A stretch of 64,000 nt of DNA from a virus (Duplodnaviria; Heunggongvirae; Uroviricota; Caudoviricetes). The stretch is taken from positions 243,550 to 307,549 of IMG/VR virus record IMGVR_UViG_3300028887_000066; one strand, 5' to 3'. Below the pieces are notes generated by a model. It was not told the origin of the DNA. It ran no database searches and was given only the letters and a program-made list of their open reading frames with translations. Position numbers and translations under genes: made by a program. Shown here piece by piece: positions 9,617 to 17,881 of this stretch. How positions within the stretch are numbered: the first letter of the stretch is position 1; every line of letters starts with the position of its first letter.

Positions 9617-10035
9617 GTAAAAATTCTAAAACATTACGTTTCATTCGGCGAAACCGTATAACGCTTGTTTTTAATGAACAAGTGATGAAACTTATCCGAC
9701 GTATCGGAAAGGACAAACCATTTGTACGTTTTCCATCAGCCGTAACGCTTTAGGAGGATTTCCTGGTAATCTTGCTCGGTTTCATTAAGCATCCTCGGGC
9801 CCAACTACATTCCCTATTCCACCTTTACCGTCTACACCGTGGTCAAATGGAAAAAACCACGATATGCTTCTCTCTTAACGTCTTTTCTAGGATAGACCTG
9901 AGTTTTTCGAACCGCTCCTCCTGCATCTGTCCTGATATGTTTGACAGCACCCATATAAAACTTCGGAGGAGGCAAACTATATAAATATACGCACTCCCTA
10001 GAACACCTACACTGATGTTGTGTAGCCCTATCGTG

Positions 10036-10107
10036 CGGCCTATGCAGGGATCGAACCCGCGACGTTTCCTTTTAGGGAGGACTGCTCTGCCACTGAGCTA
10101 ATAGACC
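10036..10107 (-). tRNA. candidate amber suppressor tRNA (anticodon CUA)
   Basis: Manual fold: acceptor GGTCTAT/ATAGGCC, D-arm GCTC-AGTGGCA-GAGC, anticodon stem GTCCT/AGGAA with loop CCCTAAA (positions 34-36 = CTA, A37), T-arm GCGGG-TTCGATC-CCTGC. C33 instead of U33 is atypical. Confidence 0.5.
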
Positions 10108-10147
10108 TTTCAATTAGGGAGCATTGTATCTCCCCGATTGTTTTTGC

Positions 10148-10185
10148 ATTGCAAAGATAAGGCATTTTATTGGAATGGCCAAATT
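10148..10185 (-). promoter_or_regulatory. Bacteroidetes-type promoter (TTTGGCCAT..20 nt..TATCTTTG) reading leftward into the suppressor tRNA
   Basis: caaagata (10151-10158) and tggccaaa (10176-10183) on plus = -7 and -33 on the minus strand. Confidence 0.65.
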
Positions 10186-10204
10186 TCTTTGCAAAAATGT
10201 TCAT

Positions 10205-10531
10205 TCAAAGAATTTCGACTACTTTTCCGTAGATGTTATTCCGACTTATTACCCCATTGGCGTGACCGTGATTGTTGCCGATCAAATACCTGTCACCAGG
10301 TTTTACCGACCATATCAAATGAAGATAATAGTGTCCGTTCACCTTACATAGTACAATATCGCGTTTCTTTAATTCAGTAGCATCATTCACGGGAATACAA
10401 ATTACAGGCTGCTTTGATTTCAGAATAGGCAACATACTATTACCTATACCAGTGATTTTAGCTACTTTCCCCTGTCTTAATGCTTCAGCGGAATACTTAT
10501 TCTCAAACCCTTCATATTCAACATTCCACAT
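10205..10531 (-). CDS. S24-family (LexA/UmuD-like) serine peptidase domain protein, no DNA-binding domain
   Basis: GNSMLP (Ser nucleophile motif) and a downstream Lys (LCKVNG); 108 aa standalone catalytic domain. Confidence 0.6.
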   Translation of the reverse strand: MWNVEYEGFENKYSAEALRQGKVAKITGIGNSMLPILKSKQPVICIPVNDATELKKRDIVLCKVNGHYYLHLIWSVKPGDRYLIGNNHGHANGVISRNNIYGKVVEIL

Positions 10532-11192
10532 AATCTAAGGTTTTAATCAAGTGCCACAATGACATTATACTTTCAACGTAGTTTTTCTTTTGTGTTTCCA
10601 TACTGTATGTATCACCCGTACCACCGTGTGTAGAGCCAAAATTGAATTTTATCTCCTCAGGCTTTCCGTAATCTGGATTTTTCGGATTTTCATTCTCATT
10701 ATGCAAGAATTCACGATACTCATTCTTAGTGCAGGTTTTATAGGCGTAACAATACTCATTATGACTTAAAAGATACAGTGTGTGTTCCGACACTTGCTTG
10801 TAGATGTCTTTTTTGTCCCTGTTTTTTCTGTCATAACAGTAGATGGATATAGGCATATCGTTATTTTCTTCATAACTTTGATATGTTCCGAAACGACCAT
10901 TACGCTCTTTTAGCACTTTCTGAAATGTGTCCCTTTTTCTTACAACAAAGTCGTCATCACTATAATTTAGAACATTCTTAAATGGCTCTAATTCTGAATA
11001 AAAAGTATTTGAGTACCCTCTGTTCTTCAGCATTTTTTCGCACTTATTAACCTGTTCTGTGATGTACTTCAATGCTTCATCCTCACTGAGGTTGTGCTTT
11101 ATACAGTAATAAACTACATGTGTGTGGTGATATACGTCCCACTTTCTCTCGGTCATCCAATTTTTCAGGAAAATATAACTATTGTTTTTCAT
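10518..11192 (-). CDS. hypothetical protein (224 aa)
   Basis: ORF. Confidence 0.6.
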   Translation of the reverse strand: MKNNSYIFLKNWMTERKWDVYHHTHVVYYCIKHNLSEDEALKYITEQVNKCEKMLKNRGYSNTFYSELEPFKNVLNYSDDDFVVRKRDTFQKVLKERNGRFGTYQSYEENNDMPISIYCYDRKNRDKKDIYKQVSEHTLYLLSHNEYCYAYKTCTKNEYREFLHNENENPKNPDYGKPEEIKFNFGSTHGGTGDTYSMETQKKNYVESIMSLWHLIKTLDYVEC

Positions 11193-11421
11193 AATTTTAA
11201 TCGTATTTGTAAAAAGTAATTATTGTTTTTAATGTGTGATCAATTTTTAACTGAAAAATCAATCGAAAAAAGCAAAATCCCATTTCAAAATACGATTATC
11301 GGATAACCACGGATTTTAGTAACCTACCATTTCTGTCTTTTCATAAATTCAGACGTTTTTTAATTAATGATTATTTTCTTTAGAATTAACATTACAAATA
11401 TACAAATCGTTTTGCATATTG

Positions 11422-11493
11422 TAGGCCGCGCAGGGGTCGAACCTGCCATCTTCTGATCCAGAGTCAGACGTGTTACCACTACACCAGCAGCCT
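11422..11493 (-). tRNA. tRNA-Gln (anticodon CUG)
   Basis: Manual fold: acceptor AGGCTGC/GCGGCCT, D-stem GTGT/ACAC, anticodon stem TCTGA/TCAGA, loop CTCTGGA, T-arm GCAGG-TTCGACC-CCTGC. Confidence 0.8.
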
Positions 11494-11503
11494 GTTTATT
11501 GAG

Positions 11504-11577
11504 TAGGGACGAAGAGGGTCAAACTCTTACCTTTTGGTTCAAAGCCAAATGTGCAGAAGTCGCTACACCACATCCCT
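11504..11577 (-). tRNA. tRNA-Gln (anticodon UUG), atypical D-loop
   Basis: Acceptor AGGGATG/CGTCCCT, anticodon stem TTTGG/CCAAA with loop CTTTGAA, T-arm AAGAG-TTTGACC-CTCTT; the D-loop lacks GG. Confidence 0.5.
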
Positions 11578-11719
11578 ATAAAATACTACGGATAAAATAT
11601 ATGACTTACCTCGGCGGGCCGCATACTCGACCACTTCACCACCTACCAGATCTGTCCTCGTTTAGTATGATAAGAGAGTATGGCAACTTATAATCAAATA
11701 TATTGATCAGTAGTATTAG

Positions 11720-11792
11720 TACGCCTAACAGGATTCGAACCCGTATAAAACACTTTAGAAGAGTGTTGCCTAATCCATTCGGCCACAGGCGC
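11720..11792 (-). tRNA. tRNA-Arg (anticodon UCU)
   Basis: Anticodon stem ACACT/AGTGT, loop CTTCTAA, T-arm ACGGG-TTCGAAT-CCTGT, acceptor GCGCCTG/TAGGCGT. Confidence 0.75.
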
Positions 11793-11798
11793 GTTTTG

Positions 11799-11870
11799 TA
11801 CCCCGACCCAGAATCGAACTGGAAACTAAATCTTAGGAGGATTTTGTTATATCCATTTAACTATCAGGGC
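11799..11870 (-). tRNA. tRNA-Arg (anticodon CCU)
   Basis: D-stem GTTA/TAAC, anticodon stem AAATC/GATTT, loop CTCCTAA, T-arm TCCAG-TTCGATT-CTGGG. Confidence 0.7.
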
Positions 11871-11885
11871 TTTAACATTGTTTAG

Positions 11886-11972
11886 TAGCGCGTATGGGAT
11901 TCGAACCCATGAGGGCGTTTTATGCCCACTACATTGAAAGTGTAGCGACCTAGACCACTAGTCCAACGCGCC
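11886..11972 (-). tRNA. tRNA with Glu anticodon UUC but an 18-nt stem-loop variable arm (type II architecture)
   Basis: Acceptor GGCGCGT/ACGCGCT, anticodon stem CTACA/TGTAG with loop CTTTCAA, variable arm TGGGCATAAAACGCCCTC (GGGC/GCCC stem), T-arm ATGGG-TTCGAAT-CCCAT. Confidence 0.55.
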
Positions 11973-11980
11973 ATATATTG

Positions 11981-12054
11981 TAGCGGTAGCGAGGCTCAAA
12001 CTCGCAATCTCCACATTGAGAGTGTGGTGACTTAATCAGTTCGTCTATACCGCC
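11981..12054 (-). tRNA. tRNA-Glu (anticodon CUC)
   Basis: Acceptor GGCGGTA/TACCGCT, anticodon stem CCACA/TGTGG with loop CTCTCAA, T-arm GCGAG-TTTGAGC-CTCGC. Confidence 0.65.
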
Positions 12055-12203
12055 ATAAATGATACCTGAACAGTTGCAACTTCTTTTCCTATGCAGACAC
12101 TTTACTATGGACTGTTGTTGTCTCTTACGTAACGCTCTACAGTCTAAACGGTCATTCTCCGCAGGCAATATGCAAGAATCAGATATTCAAGTATCGTATT
12201 TCG

Positions 12204-12240
12204 CTGCAAATATAAGATTAATTTTTCAATTGGCCAAATA
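12204..12240 (-). promoter_or_regulatory. Bacteroidetes-type promoter (TTTGGCCAA..20 nt..TATATTTG) heading the leftward tRNA operon
   Basis: caaatata 12207-12214 and ttggccaaa 12230-12238; the tRNA array and its terminator (9491-9522) lie downstream. Confidence 0.65.
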
Positions 12241-12618
12241 TTTCATCGTAAATCTTCGCCTCAAATTTATAGCGGTTCCGCTGTCTTTCCATTTATTGCA
12301 ACGTACAAACGCTATGTCAAAATCTGAAAAATCCGTCATTGCAGAATCACGTTCCTCGTCTGTTTTGAAACCACCAACTTTATTCTTGATAGCGTAATTA
12401 TAATTCATTGGCTGTTCATTCATATGGAATACTGTTGTTTTCTCTTCCATACCACATTCTACAAGATAATTCTGTGCCATTATATCAACCCCGTGATAGT
12501 CGCCGACAACAAATATTGCCTCTTTGTCATTGTCAATTACTTTATTGATCATCGGCTTGTAGAATTCATTAAATTCTTTAACAGTTACATCCCTATGTCC
12601 ACTTATGAAATATTTCAT
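12226..12618 (-). CDS. SLOG/DprA-like Rossmann protein (DUF2493/YspA-like)
   Basis: MKYFISGHRDVT .. IFVVGDYHGVD matches the xxSGsRdxt .. vvsGGArGvD pattern. Confidence 0.5.
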   Translation of the reverse strand: MKYFISGHRDVTVKEFNEFYKPMINKVIDNDKEAIFVVGDYHGVDIMAQNYLVECGMEEKTTVFHMNEQPMNYNYAIKNKVGGFKTDEERDSAMTDFSDFDIAFVRCNKWKDSGTAINLRRRFTMKYLAN

Positions 12619-12913
12619 CCTAAAATCATTTTTCGCAAATATACAAAAACCGAGAGCAAATCCATTTTTATGAATCTGTTCTCGGTCTAAATTTCTGTCA
12701 GGACGTTCTTATATTAAACACTGTACTTACAATCTACGTATTAAATAAAAGATCAAGAGACGACAGGCGACCGAGAAATTGTTCTCTCTGCTGCCTACAT
12801 TCTTGCTCTTGTTCTCTTCTATTTTTCAAAACGTAAATCATAACACGTATGTTCTATTTCTTTTTATAAATATACTACTTTTCCAAAAAATAACAATAAA
12901 AAATGAAAAAAAA

Positions 12914-13306
12914 TTATCTTCCTCCTCTTTTAATGCCGTGATTATGACCATTTGGCCTTATGTTCGGACGATGATTGAAATTACCCTGTCTATGTTGATA
13001 ATGGTTCCCGTTATAATAATGATGTCGCGGTCTTGGAGGCGGTAATGGTCTTGTATAAATCCTTGGAGACGAGTAACGCCTGATATTTGTTCGGTGATCA
13101 AACGGGACAATGTACGTGTGCCAACCGTTATTCCTCCATACCCTGTAATATGGCACATTATGTATGTAGACTATTGGTGCGCCCGTCAGATAATTATAGA
13201 ATGAATATTCAAAATATGTATCCCCAACCACTGCTTCCCCCGCTGTCACACATGACGTAAGCGTTAAAGAAAGCATTAACAATAATGAAGCAATTAATTT
13301 TCTCAT
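12914..13306 (-). CDS. lipoprotein (signal peptide + lipobox LTSC) with Pro/His/Arg-rich C-terminal tail
   Basis: MRKLIASLLLMLSLTLTSC..; tail RPLPPPRPRHHYYNGNHYQHRQG. Confidence 0.6.
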   Translation of the reverse strand: MRKLIASLLLMLSLTLTSCVTAGEAVVGDTYFEYSFYNYLTGAPIVYIHNVPYYRVWRNNGWHTYIVPFDHRTNIRRYSSPRIYTRPLPPPRPRHHYYNGNHYQHRQGNFNHRPNIRPNGHNHGIKRGGR

Positions 13307-13316
13307 AACCCTTAAC

Positions 13317-14936
13317 TTATTTTACATATAAATATCTTTTAATTTCCCCTTTTAACGTCTTGGAAAATGGTTTGCCATAAATAATAAAAGACGAAATTTG
13401 CTCATTTACTGGCAATTTACCATTTATTTTTTTCCTTTCATCATCAATAAGACGGCTCATTTCAGATAAATCTTCAAGGGTCTTGAATCTTTTAGCGGAA
13501 GGATAAACAATAGCTTTAAGCCTATTCTCATTTTTGTCAAGATATACAATGGACTCGCTTATAATGCCACTACTGTTAATGATCTCCTCTATTTCTTTGG
13601 GGTTGATGTTTTTCCCGTCATTTTTAATTATGAGATCACTTCTTCCCTCAAGAAATAGATTACCATCCTCGTCAAAATAGCCTACATCGCCTGTTCTCAT
13701 CCATCCATTGTCAAACACCTCATCCGTAGCTTGTTCATTTCCGTAATATCCGAGCATTACATTATCGCCCATCACATATATTTGGTTTCCATCCCTTACC
13801 TCTATCTGCATCCTGGGAGCCGTTTTCCCACAAGAACGAAATATATGTTCGTTTTGATCACTATATGTGATGATAGGTGAGCATTCAGTCATCCCGTATC
13901 CGACTGTAAACGGTATGTGATAGTCAATTAAAGCTCTTTCCACTTCTGCATCCAATTCAGCACCACCTATTATAATTTCATAGAAATTGCCCCCTAAAGC
14001 CGTCTTTATGACACGGCCTATGAGTTTATCCGCCAATGGTTTAAAAAGCCTGTAGAATGGCTTAAAATAAGTTTTATGGATATATTTGAATATATTATCC
14101 CTAATAAGCGTTTCGATTAATAACGGGACGACAATTACTATGCATGGTTTGGTTTTTTTGAATGTGGACAGCATATTTTTTACCGTTAAAGGTTGAGTCA
14201 TGAAATGTACATTTACCCCAAATACAATAGCCCCAAGAAAATCATACATTATACCATACATATGGGCCAACGGTAATAATGAAACTACATTATCTCCAGT
14301 TTTTAACATATGTACCACTTCTAATGCAAACGCTAAATTTGATGATAATGCCCGTGACGGTATCATTACGCCTTTTGGAGAGGACATTGTACCGCTTGTA
14401 TAGTTTATTGAAATTAGCTCGTCAGGTGAATAGTGGTGTATTTTATCACAGAATTCTTCAGCGGTACACCCCTCAAGCTTCATACTACCTATTACATATG
14501 GGAGTTTATTTTCACCTGAAAATAGGAGGCTGAAATCATCCAATGAGTAAACGGCTGACAGTTTTCCGAAACACTCAAGACTATTCTGCATTTCATCCCA
14601 AATCGCTTCTGATATGAATAGGACTTTTGAATCCGAATGCTCTATAAGATGGGTAATCTTATCTGTCGTAAATTCATGCAGAATAGGCACGGCAACAGTT
14701 CCATATGTAGTAGTAGCGAGATATGTTATCCCCCAATTTATTGAGTTCATTCCACAAATAGCCACTTTATCACCCTTTTTAATGTTCAGGCAATCAAACG
14801 CAAACCATAATTGCCGTATACCATAAGCTACATCAGAATAATTAAAAGAACGAATGGGATAATCCGTCATAGATGGAATATCCCAAAACTTTTTGAATGA
14901 TTCTGCTATGTATTGTGAATAGGTAAGGTTATTCAT
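13317..14936 (-). CDS. AMP-dependent synthetase/ligase (long-chain acyl-CoA synthetase-like)
   Basis: AMP-binding motif YTSGTMSSPKGV, GYGMTE, and hinge TGDVGYFDEDGNLFLEGRSDLIIKNDG. Confidence 0.85.
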   Translation of the reverse strand: MNNLTYSQYIAESFKKFWDIPSMTDYPIRSFNYSDVAYGIRQLWFAFDCLNIKKGDKVAICGMNSINWGITYLATTTYGTVAVPILHEFTTDKITHLIEHSDSKVLFISEAIWDEMQNSLECFGKLSAVYSLDDFSLLFSGENKLPYVIGSMKLEGCTAEEFCDKIHHYSPDELISINYTSGTMSSPKGVMIPSRALSSNLAFALEVVHMLKTGDNVVSLLPLAHMYGIMYDFLGAIVFGVNVHFMTQPLTVKNMLSTFKKTKPCIVIVVPLLIETLIRDNIFKYIHKTYFKPFYRLFKPLADKLIGRVIKTALGGNFYEIIIGGAELDAEVERALIDYHIPFTVGYGMTECSPIITYSDQNEHIFRSCGKTAPRMQIEVRDGNQIYVMGDNVMLGYYGNEQATDEVFDNGWMRTGDVGYFDEDGNLFLEGRSDLIIKNDGKNINPKEIEEIINSSGIISESIVYLDKNENRLKAIVYPSAKRFKTLEDLSEMSRLIDDERKKINGKLPVNEQISSFIIYGKPFSKTLKGEIKRYLYVK

Positions 14937-14942
14937 TTTAAT

Positions 14943-15158
14943 TTATCCAATTCGGTCAAGCATATCATTATAATTGAACCATATGGCAAAAACCACCGCC
15001 ACTATCATTACTACGTCATTTACCCCAGGGATAAACATTACGACAGTAGACAGCTTTGCAAAGCTTTCCATTTCGTGTCGTTTCAAATATGGTAACAAAC
15101 CCCTCAATACGACAAATGGGGCTAAATATAATAGACTACAAATTAAAAAGATACCCAT
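14943..15158 (-). CDS. small membrane protein; possibly the frameshifted C-terminal tail of the upstream FNT gene
   Basis: 71-aa hydrophobic ORF overlapping the end of the FNT ORF by 16 nt in another frame. Confidence 0.3.
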   Translation of the reverse strand: MGIFLICSLLYLAPFVVLRGLLPYLKRHEMESFAKLSTVVMFIPGVNDVVMIVAVVFAIWFNYNDMLDRIG

Positions 15159-15742
15159 TTCAAACCAAGTTTGTTAATCATTAAGCTTCCAATCGCGTTA
15201 CCAAATACCCACATAATTAGCTGCGGGCAGAAAAAATCACCGTTCATAGCCATATATCCATAGTTTGCTATACAGTGATCAAAGCCGCATAATATAAAAC
15301 ACATTACGGGAAGGATAATGGTTATTGGATGCTGTTTCCATTTATACCCGTCTACGGCAATATACATCATTGCGCCGCACCCAATAGACCTTATTAGTGC
15401 TTGATACCATAATTCGGAATATTTAGCGGCTAATATACTACTTGTTGTTAATGTAATTCCTGAGAAATTGGCGAATACCCAGCAAATAACCCCAATACCA
15501 ATAAAATTAAGTAAAAGCATTGGTAATAATTGGAATAATGGGTATGTCCAATTCATTTTCATGTATCCGACTTTCCCCGTATACAAGTTAGCACCCTGTA
15601 TTACGACGGTAAGAAGACCTAAACTAAACAAGAATGAGCCTAATATATGGCTTTCAACGGCAACAAATGCTATGCACCCGAATCCTATAAGCACTCCAGC
15701 CAATAGGGACTTCAATATGAATTCTAAAATCTTCTTTGGCAT
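15143..15742 (-). CDS. formate/nitrite transporter (FNT) family channel (short, 199 aa)
   Basis: Multi-TM protein with the FNT signature FILCGFDHCIANYGYMA (compare GFEHSIANM). Confidence 0.65.
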   Translation of the reverse strand: MPKKILEFILKSLLAGVLIGFGCIAFVAVESHILGSFLFSLGLLTVVIQGANLYTGKVGYMKMNWTYPLFQLLPMLLLNFIGIGVICWVFANFSGITLTTSSILAAKYSELWYQALIRSIGCGAMMYIAVDGYKWKQHPITIILPVMCFILCGFDHCIANYGYMAMNGDFFCPQLIMWVFGNAIGSLMINKLGLKWVSF

Positions 15743-15743
15743 T

Positions 15744-16358
15744 TTACTTAACTTTTACTCTTGCCCTGAAATCTTCTATACAAGCATCGATATTATAATG
15801 TACGTCATTGTAATTTCCGACACCATATTTCCTCGCATACTTATTATCTTCTTCCTCATTGTTTCCAAGGGCTTCCTTACGCTGTCTGTCAAATGTGTTT
15901 CCCTTTGTCGGGATATAGCCTCTGAATTTGCTTCCATCCCAATAGACCATGAAAATTACGGGTATTTCCCAATCACCGCCCGCACTAACAATAACGTATG
16001 GCATACCATTATAATCTCTCAAATCGCCAATGTAATCCACATTTTCTGGATCCCATTTTACTTTGGAAATATCATTGAACAAGTCTTTAAGGCTATTCTT
16101 ATGCTCTTTCTTCCAACACTGATTTCTAATGATATTTACAATATCCTTCCATTTAATCTTGCCATTTGCCTCATATTCAACCTCAATGGCGACTTTCTCA
16201 ACATGTTCAGTAAATTCAGTCGGGGTTATTTTAACCCCTGTCCTTCCGCTGCTTGGGAGTTCTACATCCATGTTAACATATTTGTTTTTATTTTCTTTCA
16301 GAACACGCTTAATGGACTCTCTCACTAAGCCTCTCAATTCAGATTCCCTTATCTTCAT
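15744..16358 (-). CDS. hypothetical protein with the shared N-terminal leader (MKIRESELRGLVRESIKRVLKE)
   Basis: ORF; leader motif. Confidence 0.6.
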   Translation of the reverse strand: MKIRESELRGLVRESIKRVLKENKNKYVNMDVELPSSGRTGVKITPTEFTEHVEKVAIEVEYEANGKIKWKDIVNIIRNQCWKKEHKNSLKDLFNDISKVKWDPENVDYIGDLRDYNGMPYVIVSAGGDWEIPVIFMVYWDGSKFRGYIPTKGNTFDRQRKEALGNNEEEDNKYARKYGVGNYNDVHYNIDACIEDFRARVKVK

Positions 16359-17116
16359 TACTCAGACATTTCTTTTTTGCTTTTCTTATACTTCTCCCTT
16401 GGTTTTGGACAAAGTTTTACCAATTTACTGTGCCACTCATTCCAAACGGGCTTGTATTTAACCTTAAAATCATCCCATTTAAAGCCATTTTCAAGGTCTG
16501 TAAAAATATCAGTATATAATGGACGTGCAACATAAAAATCTGTAATAAGCCCGTTTTCGGCAATTTGGCAGGCATACATAAGAAGCCTTATTGAATGAAA
16601 TAGGCTCTTCGCACCACATCTCATGTCCAAATCCTTCTTCACTGTCATTTTTTTCTTCGCTTTTGCAAATGAATTGTTTGACACGCTTCCAAACGACTCA
16701 CGTAGCAACCATTTATTTAACTTGAAGTATTGCCTGTAATCAGCTATTGTCTTTTTATTGTCATCCGTATTATACAACACCTCGTTAGTAAGAAGAATGG
16801 CCTCCAATGCAAAAGGCGTATGCTCATTTATCATATCGATGAAATCACTTTCTCTCACTACTTGCACGTCCGTCTTTGGTACATCCATCATTTCAATGGT
16901 AAATTGATGCAATCGAATATCACATTTTTCATTATCAAATACGCCATCCTGATCAATAAAGTCGGTATCATCAGCTACAACGATAGCCATATCACGATCC
17001 GATTCCTTTGTCATTGTGCCATAAACGGCGGAACCGCGTGAAAACATCGTAAGTCTTTCATTATCTACAAATAACTTTGCTACGCAATCCGCTACATCAT
17101 TACAATTTACTGTCAT
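16358..17116 (-). CDS. nucleotidyltransferase-fold (Pol-beta superfamily) protein
   Basis: GSAVYGTMTKESDRDMAIVV = G-S-x3-G-x5-S-D-x-D; exact subfamily (MNT, OAS/CD-NTase-like) undetermined. Confidence 0.45.
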   Translation of the reverse strand: MTVNCNDVADCVAKLFVDNERLTMFSRGSAVYGTMTKESDRDMAIVVADDTDFIDQDGVFDNEKCDIRLHQFTIEMMDVPKTDVQVVRESDFIDMINEHTPFALEAILLTNEVLYNTDDNKKTIADYRQYFKLNKWLLRESFGSVSNNSFAKAKKKMTVKKDLDMRCGAKSLFHSIRLLMYACQIAENGLITDFYVARPLYTDIFTDLENGFKWDDFKVKYKPVWNEWHSKLVKLCPKPREKYKKSKKEMSE

Positions 17117-17133
17117 ATTTATCGTTTTCTTTT

Positions 17134-17634
17134 CTACTTTTCTTCACCATTATTCAATGTACTGTACAAATCATTGTATGCCTCTGTCATTTTTTCTTTA
17201 AATGTCTTCAGGAAGGTGTCTTTATCTATTTCTTCCGCACTATCCATTATTTCCTTAATAGTTTCCTCCCCTCGATAAAACACCTTGATTTGTTCATAGT
17301 TATCATAGAAGAAATATGTTTCGTCGGCATAATCAGCGACGTTGCCATTAACGGCTATGCAAGTGATTATAATATCATATTCATCTTCACCTAAAGACCC
17401 TTTCCAAGGTCTTTTGCTAACCCAAGGATCTGGAAAATTTTCAGGTACATATATGTACTTCCCTTCCAAATCCAATGGTGTATTGTCATAGCCGAACTTA
17501 AAATATCTTCCTTTTAGAAATTTAATCAGGCCACCCATCTGAAGATTTTTAATCTTATTCCTAAGTTCGGAAACCTCATCCAACTTTTTACTTATTTCCT
17601 CTTTAAGTGTTCTGATTTCTTCTTCTGTATTCAT
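17134..17634 (-). CDS. hypothetical protein with N-terminal coiled coil (166 aa)
   Basis: ORF. Confidence 0.55.
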   Translation of the reverse strand: MNTEEEIRTLKEEISKKLDEVSELRNKIKNLQMGGLIKFLKGRYFKFGYDNTPLDLEGKYIYVPENFPDPWVSKRPWKGSLGEDEYDIIITCIAVNGNVADYADETYFFYDNYEQIKVFYRGEETIKEIMDSAEEIDKDTFLKTFKEKMTEAYNDLYSTLNNGEEK

Positions 17635-17637
17635 AAA

Positions 17638-17868
17638 CTAAAGATTTTCAATTATTTTTAACGGACACCATTTCGGTCTTTCATAGATGAATTTTTTCTT
17701 TTTCTTGTTATAAACCATAGGGGTTTCCCTTCCCTTAAAATAGCAAATCCTTATAGGCTTATCTTCCGTACCATCACTTGCGTCCTCTTTACGCTTTACA
17801 AAGGAAAACCTGCATTTGGTACATGTAACAGGCAGCTCCTTGAAATTTGTCTCGTATATGATTTTCAT
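17638..17868 (-). CDS. small Cys-containing (zinc-ribbon-like) protein
   Basis: CTKC .. WCP; 76 aa. Confidence 0.4.
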   Translation of the reverse strand: MKIIYETNFKELPVTCTKCRFSFVKRKEDASDGTEDKPIRICYFKGRETPMVYNKKKKKFIYERPKWCPLKIIENL

Positions 17869-17881
17869 TAATTACAGGAAG

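Noticed and set aside
9617-10035. tmRNA hypothesis for the structured spacer
   Set aside because: No tRNA-like acceptor/T-arm with CCA-compatible 3' end and no plausible tag-peptide reading frame could be identified by eye.
11578-11719. Possible additional tRNA between tRNA-Gln(UUG) and tRNA-Arg(UCU)
   Set aside because: The segment contains a BglII-like palindrome and GC-rich hairpins, but no acceptable T-arm and acceptor pairing could be built.
9544-12397. Plus-strand ORFs in the track (9544-9753, 9772-9984, 11499-11693, 11703-11885, 12059-12397) and minus ORF 11950-12168
   Set aside because: They overlap well-folded tRNA genes and promoter elements and have low-complexity translations. 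They are regarded as spurious.
15468-16328. 286-aa plus-strand ORF antisense to the FNT gene and 15744-16358
   Set aside because: It is Ile/Phe/Asn-rich antisense shadow of two well-supported minus-strand genes in an AT-rich genome.
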